NCBI GenBank assembly: GCA_052108535.1
Contig: JBQDZM010000003.1
Coordinates: 614 to 64,613 of the forward strand
Source: Galactobacter sp.
GTDB lineage: Bacteria; Actinomycetota; Actinomycetes; Actinomycetales; Micrococcaceae
Length of the DNA: 64,000 bases
Direction of reading: 5' to 3'
A program made the translations under genes and the position numbers. This document shows, in pieces, positions 56,145-64,000 of the stretch. The notes under the pieces were generated by a model that was not told the DNA's origin, made no database searches, and saw only the letters and a list, made by a program, of their open reading frames with translations. Every line of letters begins with the position of its first letter. The first letter of the stretch is position 1.

Positions 56145-57344
56145 TCAGTCGAACCAGGGATCCAGGCCGAAGGCCGGGAAAAGCTCCTTGCGGGTGGCCA
56201 TGATGGCGCGATCCACCGGATCGCCGGGGTCGTAGCCGACCTCCCACGAGCGCCACCAGAGATCCACGTCGTCGCCCATTTTCTCCGGGGCGTCCACGCC
56301 GTAGCGTTCCTTGACCCACTCCCGGAACGGGGGCGGGACGGGGGTGGAGAGCTGCAGTGGCTTGCCTGAGGCGATCGCCACCAGGTGAGACCAGGCCCGC
56401 GGCACCGTGTGAATGATGTCGTATCCGCCGCCGCCGGTGGCGATCCAGCGGCCCTCGGTCAGGTCGTGCGCCAGGTCCGCGACCGCGAGCGCCGACTGCC
56501 GCATTCCGTCCACGGAGAGCCTGAGGTTGGTCTGCTCGTCACGTGAGTGGCCGTCGGACCCGTGCTGGGAGACGATCACCTCGGGTTCAAAGGCTCGAGC
56601 CATCTGCGGGACCACCGCATGGAAGGCCCTGAGCCAGCCGCCGTCCTGCAACCCGGCTGGCAGCGCCACGTTGACGGCGGACATCGGGGCGCCCTCTCCG
56701 CCGGTCTCTGCGGCGAAGCCGGTTCCGGGGAACAACGTCCGCCCGGATTCATGCAGGGAGATGGTCATGACCCGGGGGTCGTCCCAGAAGATGGATTGGG
56801 TCCCGTCGCCGTGGTGGGCGTCGAGATCCAGATACAGGACACGGGCCACGCCTTCGTCCAGCAGCCGCGCGATGGCGCCAGCCGCGTCGTTGTAAATACA
56901 GAAGCCGCTGGCCCGGTTCCGCGAAGCATGATGCATGCCGCCACCGAAGTTCACGGCCGGACGCCCCTTGTCCTCTAACACGGACTCCGCAGCGACGAGG
57001 GAGCCCCCGAACAGCCTCGCGCTGGATTCATGCAGGGCGGGGAAGATGGGGTCGTCCTCGGTTCCCAGGCCAAAGGAAACATCCGGTTCCCCGTCCGGTC
57101 CAGAGGCGTCACGAACGGCCTGAACGTAGGCCGCGGAATGAACCGTGCGCAGCTGGTCATCATCGGCCACATAGGGGTGCAGCACCCGGCCGCGACCGTC
57201 GCCGAGCACGTCCAGATCTCGCAGCAAACGCGCGGTCAGAGCCAGCCGGACCGGGTCCATCGGATGACGTTCACCGAAGCGATATGCGGCCATGGTCTCG
57301 TCATAGACCAGATCCACACCGGGGAATGAGGTGTTGGAGATCAC
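56145..57344 (-). CDS. acuC: Acetoin utilization protein AcuC (HDAC-family deacetylase)
   Basis: GGMHHA, GFCIYND, LDLDAHHGDG, QHGSDGH, GGGGY. Confidence 0.92.
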   Translation of the reverse strand: MISNTSFPGVDLVYDETMAAYRFGERHPMDPVRLALTARLLRDLDVLGDGRGRVLHPYVADDDQLRTVHSAAYVQAVRDASGPDGEPDVSFGLGTEDDPIFPALHESSARLFGGSLVAAESVLEDKGRPAVNFGGGMHHASRNRASGFCIYNDAAGAIARLLDEGVARVLYLDLDAHHGDGTQSIFWDDPRVMTISLHESGRTLFPGTGFAAETGGEGAPMSAVNVALPAGLQDGGWLRAFHAVVPQMARAFEPEVIVSQHGSDGHSRDEQTNLRLSVDGMRQSALAVADLAHDLTEGRWIATGGGGYDIIHTVPRAWSHLVAIASGKPLQLSTPVPPPFREWVKERYGVDAPEKMGDDVDLWWRSWEVGYDPGDPVDRAIMATRKELFPAFGLDPWFD

Positions 57345-57427
57345 GAGAACAGGCTAGCCCACACCTGAGGCAGTGGTTGAATGGGCGCTGTCCGTGACAG
57401 CGAAACGATCGAGGAACCCTGAACAGC

Positions 57428-58849
57428 ATGGCCGCAGGCCCCACCCCAGACGGGGACGCACGCGAGAACGTGGCCCGTCGCCTCTTCTACGGTGCTCGCG
57501 ACCTCGTGGATCGGTTGGCCGCCAGTTCTCCCGCCAGGCTGGCCATCGGCGTGTTCATGGCCTTCATCCTCGTGGTGACGATTCTGTTGAGCCTCCCGGC
57601 GGCTTCGGCCAACGGAGAGGTGACCCCCTTCGTCGACGCATTCTTCACTGCGGTCTCTGCCGTCTGTGTGACCGGCCTGACCGTGGTGTCCACAGCGACC
57701 CACTGGACCTTATTTGGCCAGATCGTGATCCTGGTGGCGATCTTTGTGGGTGGCCTCGGCATCCTCACGCTGGCCTCGATCCTCTCCCTCGCTGTGTCCA
57801 AACGACTGGGGGTCCGAGGAAAACTCCTGGCCCAGCAATCCCTGAACGTGTCCTCCTCCGGTCGGTTGGGTGAGGTCGGCTCGCTGCTGCGGATCGTGAT
57901 CACGACCTCGGTCATCATCCAATTGCTGCTCACCGTCTGGTTGAGCACCCGATTCTGGAGTTACGGGGAGAGCCTGGGCAGGGGCGCCTGGCACGGGGTC
58001 TTCTACGCCGTGTCCGCCTACAACAATGCCGGTTTCACCCCACATTCCAACGGGCTGGTGCCCTACGAGGCGGACGCCTGGCTGCTAACCCCTCTGATGC
58101 TCGGTGTCTTCCTGGGTTCGATGGGCTTCCCCGTGGTGATGGTGTTGCTGCACCAGCGGCACCGGATCAGCAAATGGAATCTACACACCAAGCTCACCCT
58201 GACCGTCTCCCTTACCCTGGTCTTCCTCGGCAGTGCCGCGTGGGGGGCCTCCGAGTGGGGCAACGACGACACCATCGGACGGATGGGCTTCTGGGACAAG
58301 ATCCTCCACACCCTCTTTGCCTCCGTCATGACTCGTTCCGGCGGATTCAACCTGGTGGAGCAATCCCAGATGCATCCGGCCAGCCTGGTCATCACGGACG
58401 CGCTGATGTTCGTGGGAGGCGGCTCGGCCTCCACGGCAGGAGGCATCAAGGTCACCACCCTCGCCGTGCTGATCGTGGCGATCCTCGCAGAGGCCCGCGG
58501 AACCACTCAGGTGCAGGTCTACGGAAGACGGATCGTCGAGTCCACGCTCAGGGTCGCGATCGCCGTGACCGGGCTGGGTGCCACCCTGGTGATGGTGGGA
58601 ACCATCGCCCTGCTCGTCGTGGATCCAACGGCCAGATTCGATCACGCCCTCTTCGAGTGCATCTCAGCGTTCGCGACCGTTGGACTGTCCACCGGCCTGA
58701 CGGAAACCCTGCCCCACGCTGGCAAGATCGTCCTCGCAGCCCTGATGTTCTTAGGCAGGATCGGTACGATCACCTTCGCGACGGCGCTGTCCTTGCGGCA
58801 CACCCGCCAGCTTTATCACTACCCGGAAGAGAGGCCCATCATTGGCTGA
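57428..58849 (+). CDS. trkH: TrkH/KtrB potassium uptake membrane subunit
   Basis: SAVCVTGL, NNAGF, TRSGGFN, STAGGIK, SAFATVGLS pore-loop motifs. Confidence 0.93.
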   Translation: MAAGPTPDGDARENVARRLFYGARDLVDRLAASSPARLAIGVFMAFILVVTILLSLPAASANGEVTPFVDAFFTAVSAVCVTGLTVVSTATHWTLFGQIVILVAIFVGGLGILTLASILSLAVSKRLGVRGKLLAQQSLNVSSSGRLGEVGSLLRIVITTSVIIQLLLTVWLSTRFWSYGESLGRGAWHGVFYAVSAYNNAGFTPHSNGLVPYEADAWLLTPLMLGVFLGSMGFPVVMVLLHQRHRISKWNLHTKLTLTVSLTLVFLGSAAWGASEWGNDDTIGRMGFWDKILHTLFASVMTRSGGFNLVEQSQMHPASLVITDALMFVGGGSASTAGGIKVTTLAVLIVAILAEARGTTQVQVYGRRIVESTLRVAIAVTGLGATLVMVGTIALLVVDPTARFDHALFECISAFATVGLSTGLTETLPHAGKIVLAALMFLGRIGTITFATALSLRHTRQLYHYPEERPIIG

Positions 58850-59513
58850 ACGACATGGCGACCACAACGCCCCCGTCCTCATCGTGGGGCTGGGACGCTT
58901 TGGCTCTTCGGTGGCCCAGCAGCTGGTCCAGCAGGGCAGGGAAGTGCTCGCGATCGAGCGCAACCCGGAATTGGTTCAGGTCTTTGCCGACTCCTTGACC
59001 CACGTCGTGGAGGCGGACGCCACCAACTTGGAAGCCCTTCGTCAGCTGGGTGCCCAGGAATTCTCTTCAGCAGTGGTCGGGGTGGGCACCTCCGTGGAGG
59101 CGTCCGTGCTGATCACCGTGAATCTGGTGGATCTGGGCATCGAACACGTCTGGGCCAAGGCGATCACTCCCGCACACGGCAAGATCCTCTCCAGGATCGG
59201 CGCGAACCACGTCATCTACCCGGAGGCGGACGCCGGCGTGCGGACCGCCCATCTGGTGGGCGGACGCATGCTGGATTTCATCGAGTTCGACGACGGCTTC
59301 GCGATCGTGAAGATGTACCCGCCCAAGGAAACCCAAGGCTTCAGCCTCGCGGAGTCCCGCGTCAGGGAGAAGTACGGGGTCACCGTGGTGGGCGTGAAGT
59401 CACCTGGTGAGGACTTCACCTACGCCCAGCCGGACACCGTGGTGTCCCAGCGTGACGTCCTGATCGTCGCGGGCCACGTGGAGCTATTGGAACGCTTCGC
59501 GGCTAGGCCCTGA
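58842..59513 (+). CDS. trkA: TrkA/KtrA potassium uptake NAD-binding subunit
   Basis: VGLGRFG, RCK-N and RCK-C domains. Confidence 0.93.
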   Translation: MAERHGDHNAPVLIVGLGRFGSSVAQQLVQQGREVLAIERNPELVQVFADSLTHVVEADATNLEALRQLGAQEFSSAVVGVGTSVEASVLITVNLVDLGIEHVWAKAITPAHGKILSRIGANHVIYPEADAGVRTAHLVGGRMLDFIEFDDGFAIVKMYPPKETQGFSLAESRVREKYGVTVVGVKSPGEDFTYAQPDTVVSQRDVLIVAGHVELLERFAARP

Positions 59514-59559
59514 CTCTGGGAAAGACTGGGCCCACTGACAGATCAGACCCAGTGACGGA

Positions 59560-60390
59560 TCAGGAGTAGTCCTTCGCCATCTGCAGCGAGCGCTCCACGG
59601 CGTTCTTCTCGCCCTCGGCGATGGCTTCCCTGACTCCACGCTGATCGAACGTGAGGATGGCCTGCTCCGTGGTGCCCTTAGGGCTCGTGACCGCCTTGCG
59701 GAACGCGGCCGGGTCAGCGTCCGGCGTATCCAGCATCAGACCAGCACCGGCCAACGTGGCGGCCGCCAGCTGCCGTGCCAGATCCTTGTCCAGGCCGAGC
59801 GCCACGCCGCCGTCTGCCATGGCCTCTGCCAGGTAGAACGCGTAGGCGGGGCCAGAGCCGGACACCGCGGAGACCACGTCGATCTGGTGCTCCTGAACCT
59901 CATACACCTTGCCGGATCCGGCAAACACGGCGCGCGCCGCGTCCACCGCAGCGTCGTCGGCGTGGGTGCCGCGGGCCAGCGCCACGACGCCCTTGCCCAC
60001 CTGCAACGGTGTGTTGGGCATGGAGCGAAGCACAGGCTGGCCCTCCCCCAGGCTCGCTTCCAACGTGGCCAGCGTGATCGCAGCGGCCACAGAGACCACC
60101 ACGGTTCCTGGCCTCAGCGCCGAGGAGATCTCCTGGCCCAGCTCCGCAATGGCGTACGGCTTCACACCGAGCAGCACGACGTCGGATTCCGAGGCCGCCC
60201 ACGTGTTCGCGTCCGGGTGTTCCTCCGCGCTACGGACCGGCACGCCGGTCTCAGTGGCCAGGGCGGCGGCGCTGGCCGCCGACTTAGTGGTGGCTCGAAC
60301 GGCGTCGGCCGGGTGTCCGGCGGCCAGCAGGCCGCGCAAGATGGCTCCGTTCATGTTGCCGGAACCGAGGAAGGCAATGGTGGCAGTCAT
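59560..60390 (-). CDS. proC: Pyrroline-5-carboxylate reductase
   Basis: FLGSGNMN, LGVKP, RSMPNTP, SGSGPAY, VTSPKGTT. Confidence 0.95.
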   Translation of the reverse strand: MTATIAFLGSGNMNGAILRGLLAAGHPADAVRATTKSAASAAALATETGVPVRSAEEHPDANTWAASESDVVLLGVKPYAIAELGQEISSALRPGTVVVSVAAAITLATLEASLGEGQPVLRSMPNTPLQVGKGVVALARGTHADDAAVDAARAVFAGSGKVYEVQEHQIDVVSAVSGSGPAYAFYLAEAMADGGVALGLDKDLARQLAAATLAGAGLMLDTPDADPAAFRKAVTSPKGTTEQAILTFDQRGVREAIAEGEKNAVERSLQMAKDYS

Positions 60391-60484
60391 ACACTCCATC
60401 CAACCTCGAGGCACCGGCGGACTTCAAGCGCGGGTTGCCTGCGTGTCATCCCGCCAGGTCATCCCGCCAGGCGTGCAGAGGCGC

Positions 60485-61303
60485 TCAGCGGGCCAGATGC
60501 CGACGGGCGAATTCCAGCGTCTCCCCCAGCACGCGTTCTACCCCGCCAGGGGTTTTGCGGTATTTGCGCGTGGTCACTTCCACCGTCACGGAGCCATTCC
60601 AGCCGGAACCGGCCAGATACTGCAGGCTCTCCGCCACCGGTTGCGTTCCGTGCCCCGGCTGGAGATGCTGATCCGTGCCGTTGTCATCACCATCGCAGAG
60701 ATGAACGTGGGTGAGCCGATCCCCCAGCGCCCTGACGGCGGCCAGGGAATCCACCCGGTCGATCGCGGCATGCGAGAAGTCCCACGTGACGTAGCGATAA
60801 TCCATCAGCTGCGGATCCCAGTGCGGCACGTACATCTGGGCCGCCTTGGTTCTGGCCCGCCACGGATACATATTCTCGATGGCGATCTTGACGCCGTAGT
60901 ACTCGTTGGCGCGGCGAACACCGTCCTCGAAACCGGAGGAGTACTTCCCCTGCCAACGGAAGGGCGGGTGCACCACCACCACGTGGGCACCTACGGCCTG
61001 AGCCAGCTGGGCGGAGCGCTGGATCTTGGTCCACACGCTTCCCCAGACCTGCTGGGTCAGCAGCAACGTGGGCGCATGGATGGCGGTGACCGGCATCCCG
61101 AAGCGCTGCTGGAAACCGTAGAGGGAGTCCTGCTCCTGGGTCAGGCTGTTGCCCGTGACCATGACTTCCACACCGTCGTAGCCCAAGTCGGACGCCAGCG
61201 CGAAGGCGTGATCGGGGCCAAGCGGGAAGGCACAAGACGTGGACAGCGAGACCCCGATGGGTTGCGGCTGCGGTTCGTTGCTCGGCAGGTTCAAGGCGTT
61301 CAT
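60485..61303 (-). CDS. Sugar phosphate isomerase/epimerase (AP endonuclease 2 TIM-barrel) family protein
   Basis: LGYDGVEVM, HAPTLL, AIENMYPW, DFSHA, HVHLCDG. Confidence 0.88.
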   Translation of the reverse strand: MNALNLPSNEPQPQPIGVSLSTSCAFPLGPDHAFALASDLGYDGVEVMVTGNSLTQEQDSLYGFQQRFGMPVTAIHAPTLLLTQQVWGSVWTKIQRSAQLAQAVGAHVVVVHPPFRWQGKYSSGFEDGVRRANEYYGVKIAIENMYPWRARTKAAQMYVPHWDPQLMDYRYVTWDFSHAAIDRVDSLAAVRALGDRLTHVHLCDGDDNGTDQHLQPGHGTQPVAESLQYLAGSGWNGSVTVEVTTRKYRKTPGGVERVLGETLEFARRHLAR

Positions 61304-62319
61304 GCCACAGCTCCTGGAAGTCCGGTGAGGTCACGGGAGAGCGTATCCACCGTTCCCACACCAACGTAGTCGTCGGTGACCCCGCTTCCCTGGCGCAGCA
61401 GCCGGTCGAAGCGGTGCAGGATGACGCCCTCACGCAGCGCCCAGGGGCAGATGTGCACTTGCTCGATCTCCAATTTTTCCATGGCGGTCTCCGCCCCGAT
61501 GGCTCCTGCAAGCAACTGCGGCGCACGGATCTCCGAGACACCGGGCAGTCCTGCACGGTCCTCGAAACTCAACGCTTCCAGCCTGCGCGACCACAACCGC
61601 AGATCCTCCAGCCGGAGGATGCGTTCCACGTAGGGTCCCTTGCCCGACGGCGCGGCTCCCGCCACGCGCGCCAGTGACCGGAAGGTCTTCGACGTGGCGG
61701 CGACCATATCCGCGCTGTGTTCGGCCTGCAGCTGTTTCACGGCCGGATCCAGGATCTCCGCAACGTAGTCGCGGACCTCCCCCACGGCTGCCGGCTTGGG
61801 CGGATTTCCGGGCAGTTTGTCCTTGGTCAGGCGTGCAGCGCCCAACGGCACGGACACGGCGACCGCCGGGAACTCGTCCCGCCCGGTGGCCATCTCGAAG
61901 GAACCGCCGCCGATGTCCAGCACGGCCAGATCCCGGGTGTCCCAGCCGAACCAGCGGCGAACGGCGAAGTAGGTCAGTGAGGCCTCCTGCTGGCCGGAGA
62001 GTTCCTCCAGACCCACACCTGTGGTGGTTTCCACCTCCCGGATGATGTCCTCACCGTTGGTGGCGCCACGCAGCGCGGAGGTACAAAACGCCAGAAGGTC
62101 CTGAACGTCGTGACGGTGAGCAAACGCCACCGCTTCCCTGACGAACCTGAGCAGTTCCCTGCGCCCGCGGGCGTTGACCGCGCCGGATTCATCCAGGAAG
62201 CGCACCAGGGACAACGGCCGCTTGTGGGAAGCGAAGGCCACCGGGCGAGCCCCGGGGTAGGCCTCCACCAGCAGCAAGTGCACGGTATTGGAACCGATGT
62301 CCAGCACTCCGAGCCGCAT
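61300..62319 (-). CDS. ppx: Ppx/GppA phosphatase family protein
   Basis: LDIGSNTVHL, CTSALR, EASLTY, DIGGGSFE, WALREGVI. Confidence 0.92.
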   Translation of the reverse strand: MRLGVLDIGSNTVHLLLVEAYPGARPVAFASHKRPLSLVRFLDESGAVNARGRRELLRFVREAVAFAHRHDVQDLLAFCTSALRGATNGEDIIREVETTTGVGLEELSGQQEASLTYFAVRRWFGWDTRDLAVLDIGGGSFEMATGRDEFPAVAVSVPLGAARLTKDKLPGNPPKPAAVGEVRDYVAEILDPAVKQLQAEHSADMVAATSKTFRSLARVAGAAPSGKGPYVERILRLEDLRLWSRRLEALSFEDRAGLPGVSEIRAPQLLAGAIGAETAMEKLEIEQVHICPWALREGVILHRFDRLLRQGSGVTDDYVGVGTVDTLSRDLTGLPGAVA

Positions 62320-62333
62320 GATTCCCCCTAGCC

Positions 62334-64000
62334 CTACTTCTTCTTCGCGGCGGGTTTCTTGGCCGCAGGCTTGCGAGCGCGGCTCGCCGCCGGCTTCTTG
62401 GCAGGCGCCTTGGCGCGCTTCTCCGCGAGCAGTTCCACGGCGCGTTCCTTGGTCAGCTGTTCCACCTCGGTGCCACGGGGCACCGTGATGTTGGTGGTGC
62501 CATCCGTGATGTAGGGGCCAAAACGCCCGTCCTTCACGACGATGGGTTTGCCGGAGGTGGGATCCTCACCGAATTCCGCCAACGGCGGCTTCGCGGCGCC
62601 ACGCCCGCGCTGCTTGGGCTGCGCGTATACGGCCCTGGCCTGGTCCTCGGTGGTGGTGAACAGTTCCTCCTCCGACCCCAGCGAACGATATTCCGTGCCC
62701 TTCTTCAGGTACGGACCAAAGCGACCGTTAGCCGCGGTGATCTCCGCGCCGTCCACGTCCGTGCCCACCACGCGGGGCAGGGACATGAGCTTCAGCGCCT
62801 CCTCGAAGGTGACCGTGTTGGGATCCATGCCCTTGAACAGGCTGGCCGTCTTGGGTTTGACCTTGGCCGGCTTCTTCTTGGGCTTGGGTTTGCCGTTCTT
62901 GTAATACTCGGTCGGCAGGGAATCGAGATAGGCCTGCAATTCCTCCTCGGTCAGCTCCGGGACCACTTCCGTGACGTAGGGGCCGTACCGGCCGTCCTTG
63001 GCCACAACGGTGTACCCGGTCTCCGGGTGGACCCCGAGCTCGCGGTCGCCGGGAACGGAGGCGTCCATGAGCTCCCTGGCCTTGGCGGCGGTGAGCTCGT
63101 CCGGGGCCAGGTCCTCTGGCACATTGGCGCGCTTTGGCGTGGTGCCCTCCGGTGCGTCCTTCGGGAGAGCTTCCTCCAGGTAGGGACCGAACTTGCCAAC
63201 CCGCAGGGTGATGTCCTCAGCCACCGGGATGGAGTTGATGGCACGCGCGTCGATCTCCCCGAGATCGTCCACGGTGTCCTTCAGACCCTCGAAGCCGTCG
63301 TCGCCGAAGTAGAAATGCTGCAGCCAGGCGTCCCTAGAACGGTTGCCGCGGGCGATCTCGTCGAGGTCGTCCTCCATCCGGGCCGTGAACTCGTAGTCCA
63401 CGTACCGGGAGAAGTGTTCCTCGAGCAGACGGACCACGGAGAAGGCGATCCAAGACGGGACCAGTGCGCCGCCGCGTTTAGTGACGTAGCCGCGGTCCAT
63501 GATCGTGGAGATCGTGGGCGCAAAGGTGGAGGGACGGCCGATCTCGCGCTTTTCCAGTTCCGCCACGATGGACGCCTCGGTGTACCGGGCAGGCGGGGTG
63601 GTCTCGTGGCCGGCTGCGGTGAGTTCCGTCGCGGTCAGCGCTGAGCCTTCCACCAGCTGCGGGAGTCGGCGCTGCTCCTCGGAGTCGGCCCGCTTCCCGG
63701 CGTCCGTCCCTTCCTCGTAGGCGGCCATGAAGCCACGGAAGGTGATGACGGTGCCTGAAGCGGAGAACTCGGCCACACGGTCGTCGGCCGCCGTGCCCTC
63801 CAATTTGACGGTGGCGGTGGAACCGACGGCATCGGCCATCTGCGAGGCCACGGTGCGCTTCCAGATCAGTTCATACAGCTTGAACTCATCCGCCGAGAGC
63901 TGCGGTAACACGGCCTGGGGCGTGCGGAACGCGTCGCCTGCCGGGCGGATGGCCTCGTGGGCCTCCTGCGCGGAATCGTTCTTGGCCTTGTAGCGGCGCG
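62334..64000 (-). CDS. topA: DNA topoisomerase I, 3' part (gene begins beyond the window)
   Basis: AQEAHEAIRP, LYELIWKRTVASQM, EIGRPST, actinobacterial C-terminal GRFGPY repeats and Lys-rich tail; frame open to the window edge. Confidence 0.97.
   Translation of the reverse strand, partial: RRYKAKNDSAQEAHEAIRPAGDAFRTPQAVLPQLSADEFKLYELIWKRTVASQMADAVGSTATVKLEGTAADDRVAEFSASGTVITFRGFMAAYEEGTDAGKRADSEEQRRLPQLVEGSALTATELTAAGHETTPPARYTEASIVAELEKREIGRPSTFAPTISTIMDRGYVTKRGGALVPSWIAFSVVRLLEEHFSRYVDYEFTARMEDDLDEIARGNRSRDAWLQHFYFGDDGFEGLKDTVDDLGEIDARAINSIPVAEDITLRVGKFGPYLEEALPKDAPEGTTPKRANVPEDLAPDELTAAKARELMDASVPGDRELGVHPETGYTVVAKDGRYGPYVTEVVPELTEEELQAYLDSLPTEYYKNGKPKPKKKPAKVKPKTASLFKGMDPNTVTFEEALKLMSLPRVVGTDVDGAEITAANGRFGPYLKKGTEYRSLGSEEELFTTTEDQARAVYAQPKQRGRGAAKPPLAEFGEDPTSGKPIVVKDGRFGPYITDGTTNITVPRGTEVEQLTKERAVELLAEKRAKAPAKKPAASRARKPAAKKPAAKKK

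Overview
High-GC actinobacterial chromosome segment; gene content and order suggest Micrococcaceae/Micrococcales (inference). Most of the window is housekeeping or common accessory genes: a CP-ATP-grasp/alpha-E/transglutaminase operon, a polar amino-acid ABC transporter, oligopeptidase B, a ThDP enzyme, map, opuA-type betaine ABC genes, menB-menE-menA, pgm, the cytochrome c maturation genes (resA-ccdA-resB-ccsB), rex, bS22, acuC, trkH/trkA, proC, ppx and the 3' part of topA. Four accessory signals stand out. (1) A defence island of about 8.5 kb (38.0-46.5 kb) without an integrase: a small orphan gene overlapping a GNAT-toxin-like gene, then a 1660-aa single-polypeptide Type ISP restriction-modification enzyme translationally coupled (ATGA overlap) to an AT-rich ApeA-like HEPN gene, facing a frameshifted nucleotidyltransferase toxin-antitoxin-like pair. 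(2) The end of an integrative element (xis-like gene) at 1 to about 810, which appears to have truncated a DUF222 gene. (3) Two copies of a 98-bp palindromic element (17.1 and 17.9 kb) bracketing a relic of a diverged dapA-family 3' end and a 5'-truncated GNAT, next to an uncharacterised amine-oxidase/aldehyde-dehydrogenase/aldolase cluster. (4) An ermC-style leader-peptide attenuator (MRTVLV) upstream of an ABC-F gene. No tRNA, rRNA, CRISPR array or transposase was recognised. All family assignments come from motif recognition by eye; no database searches were run.
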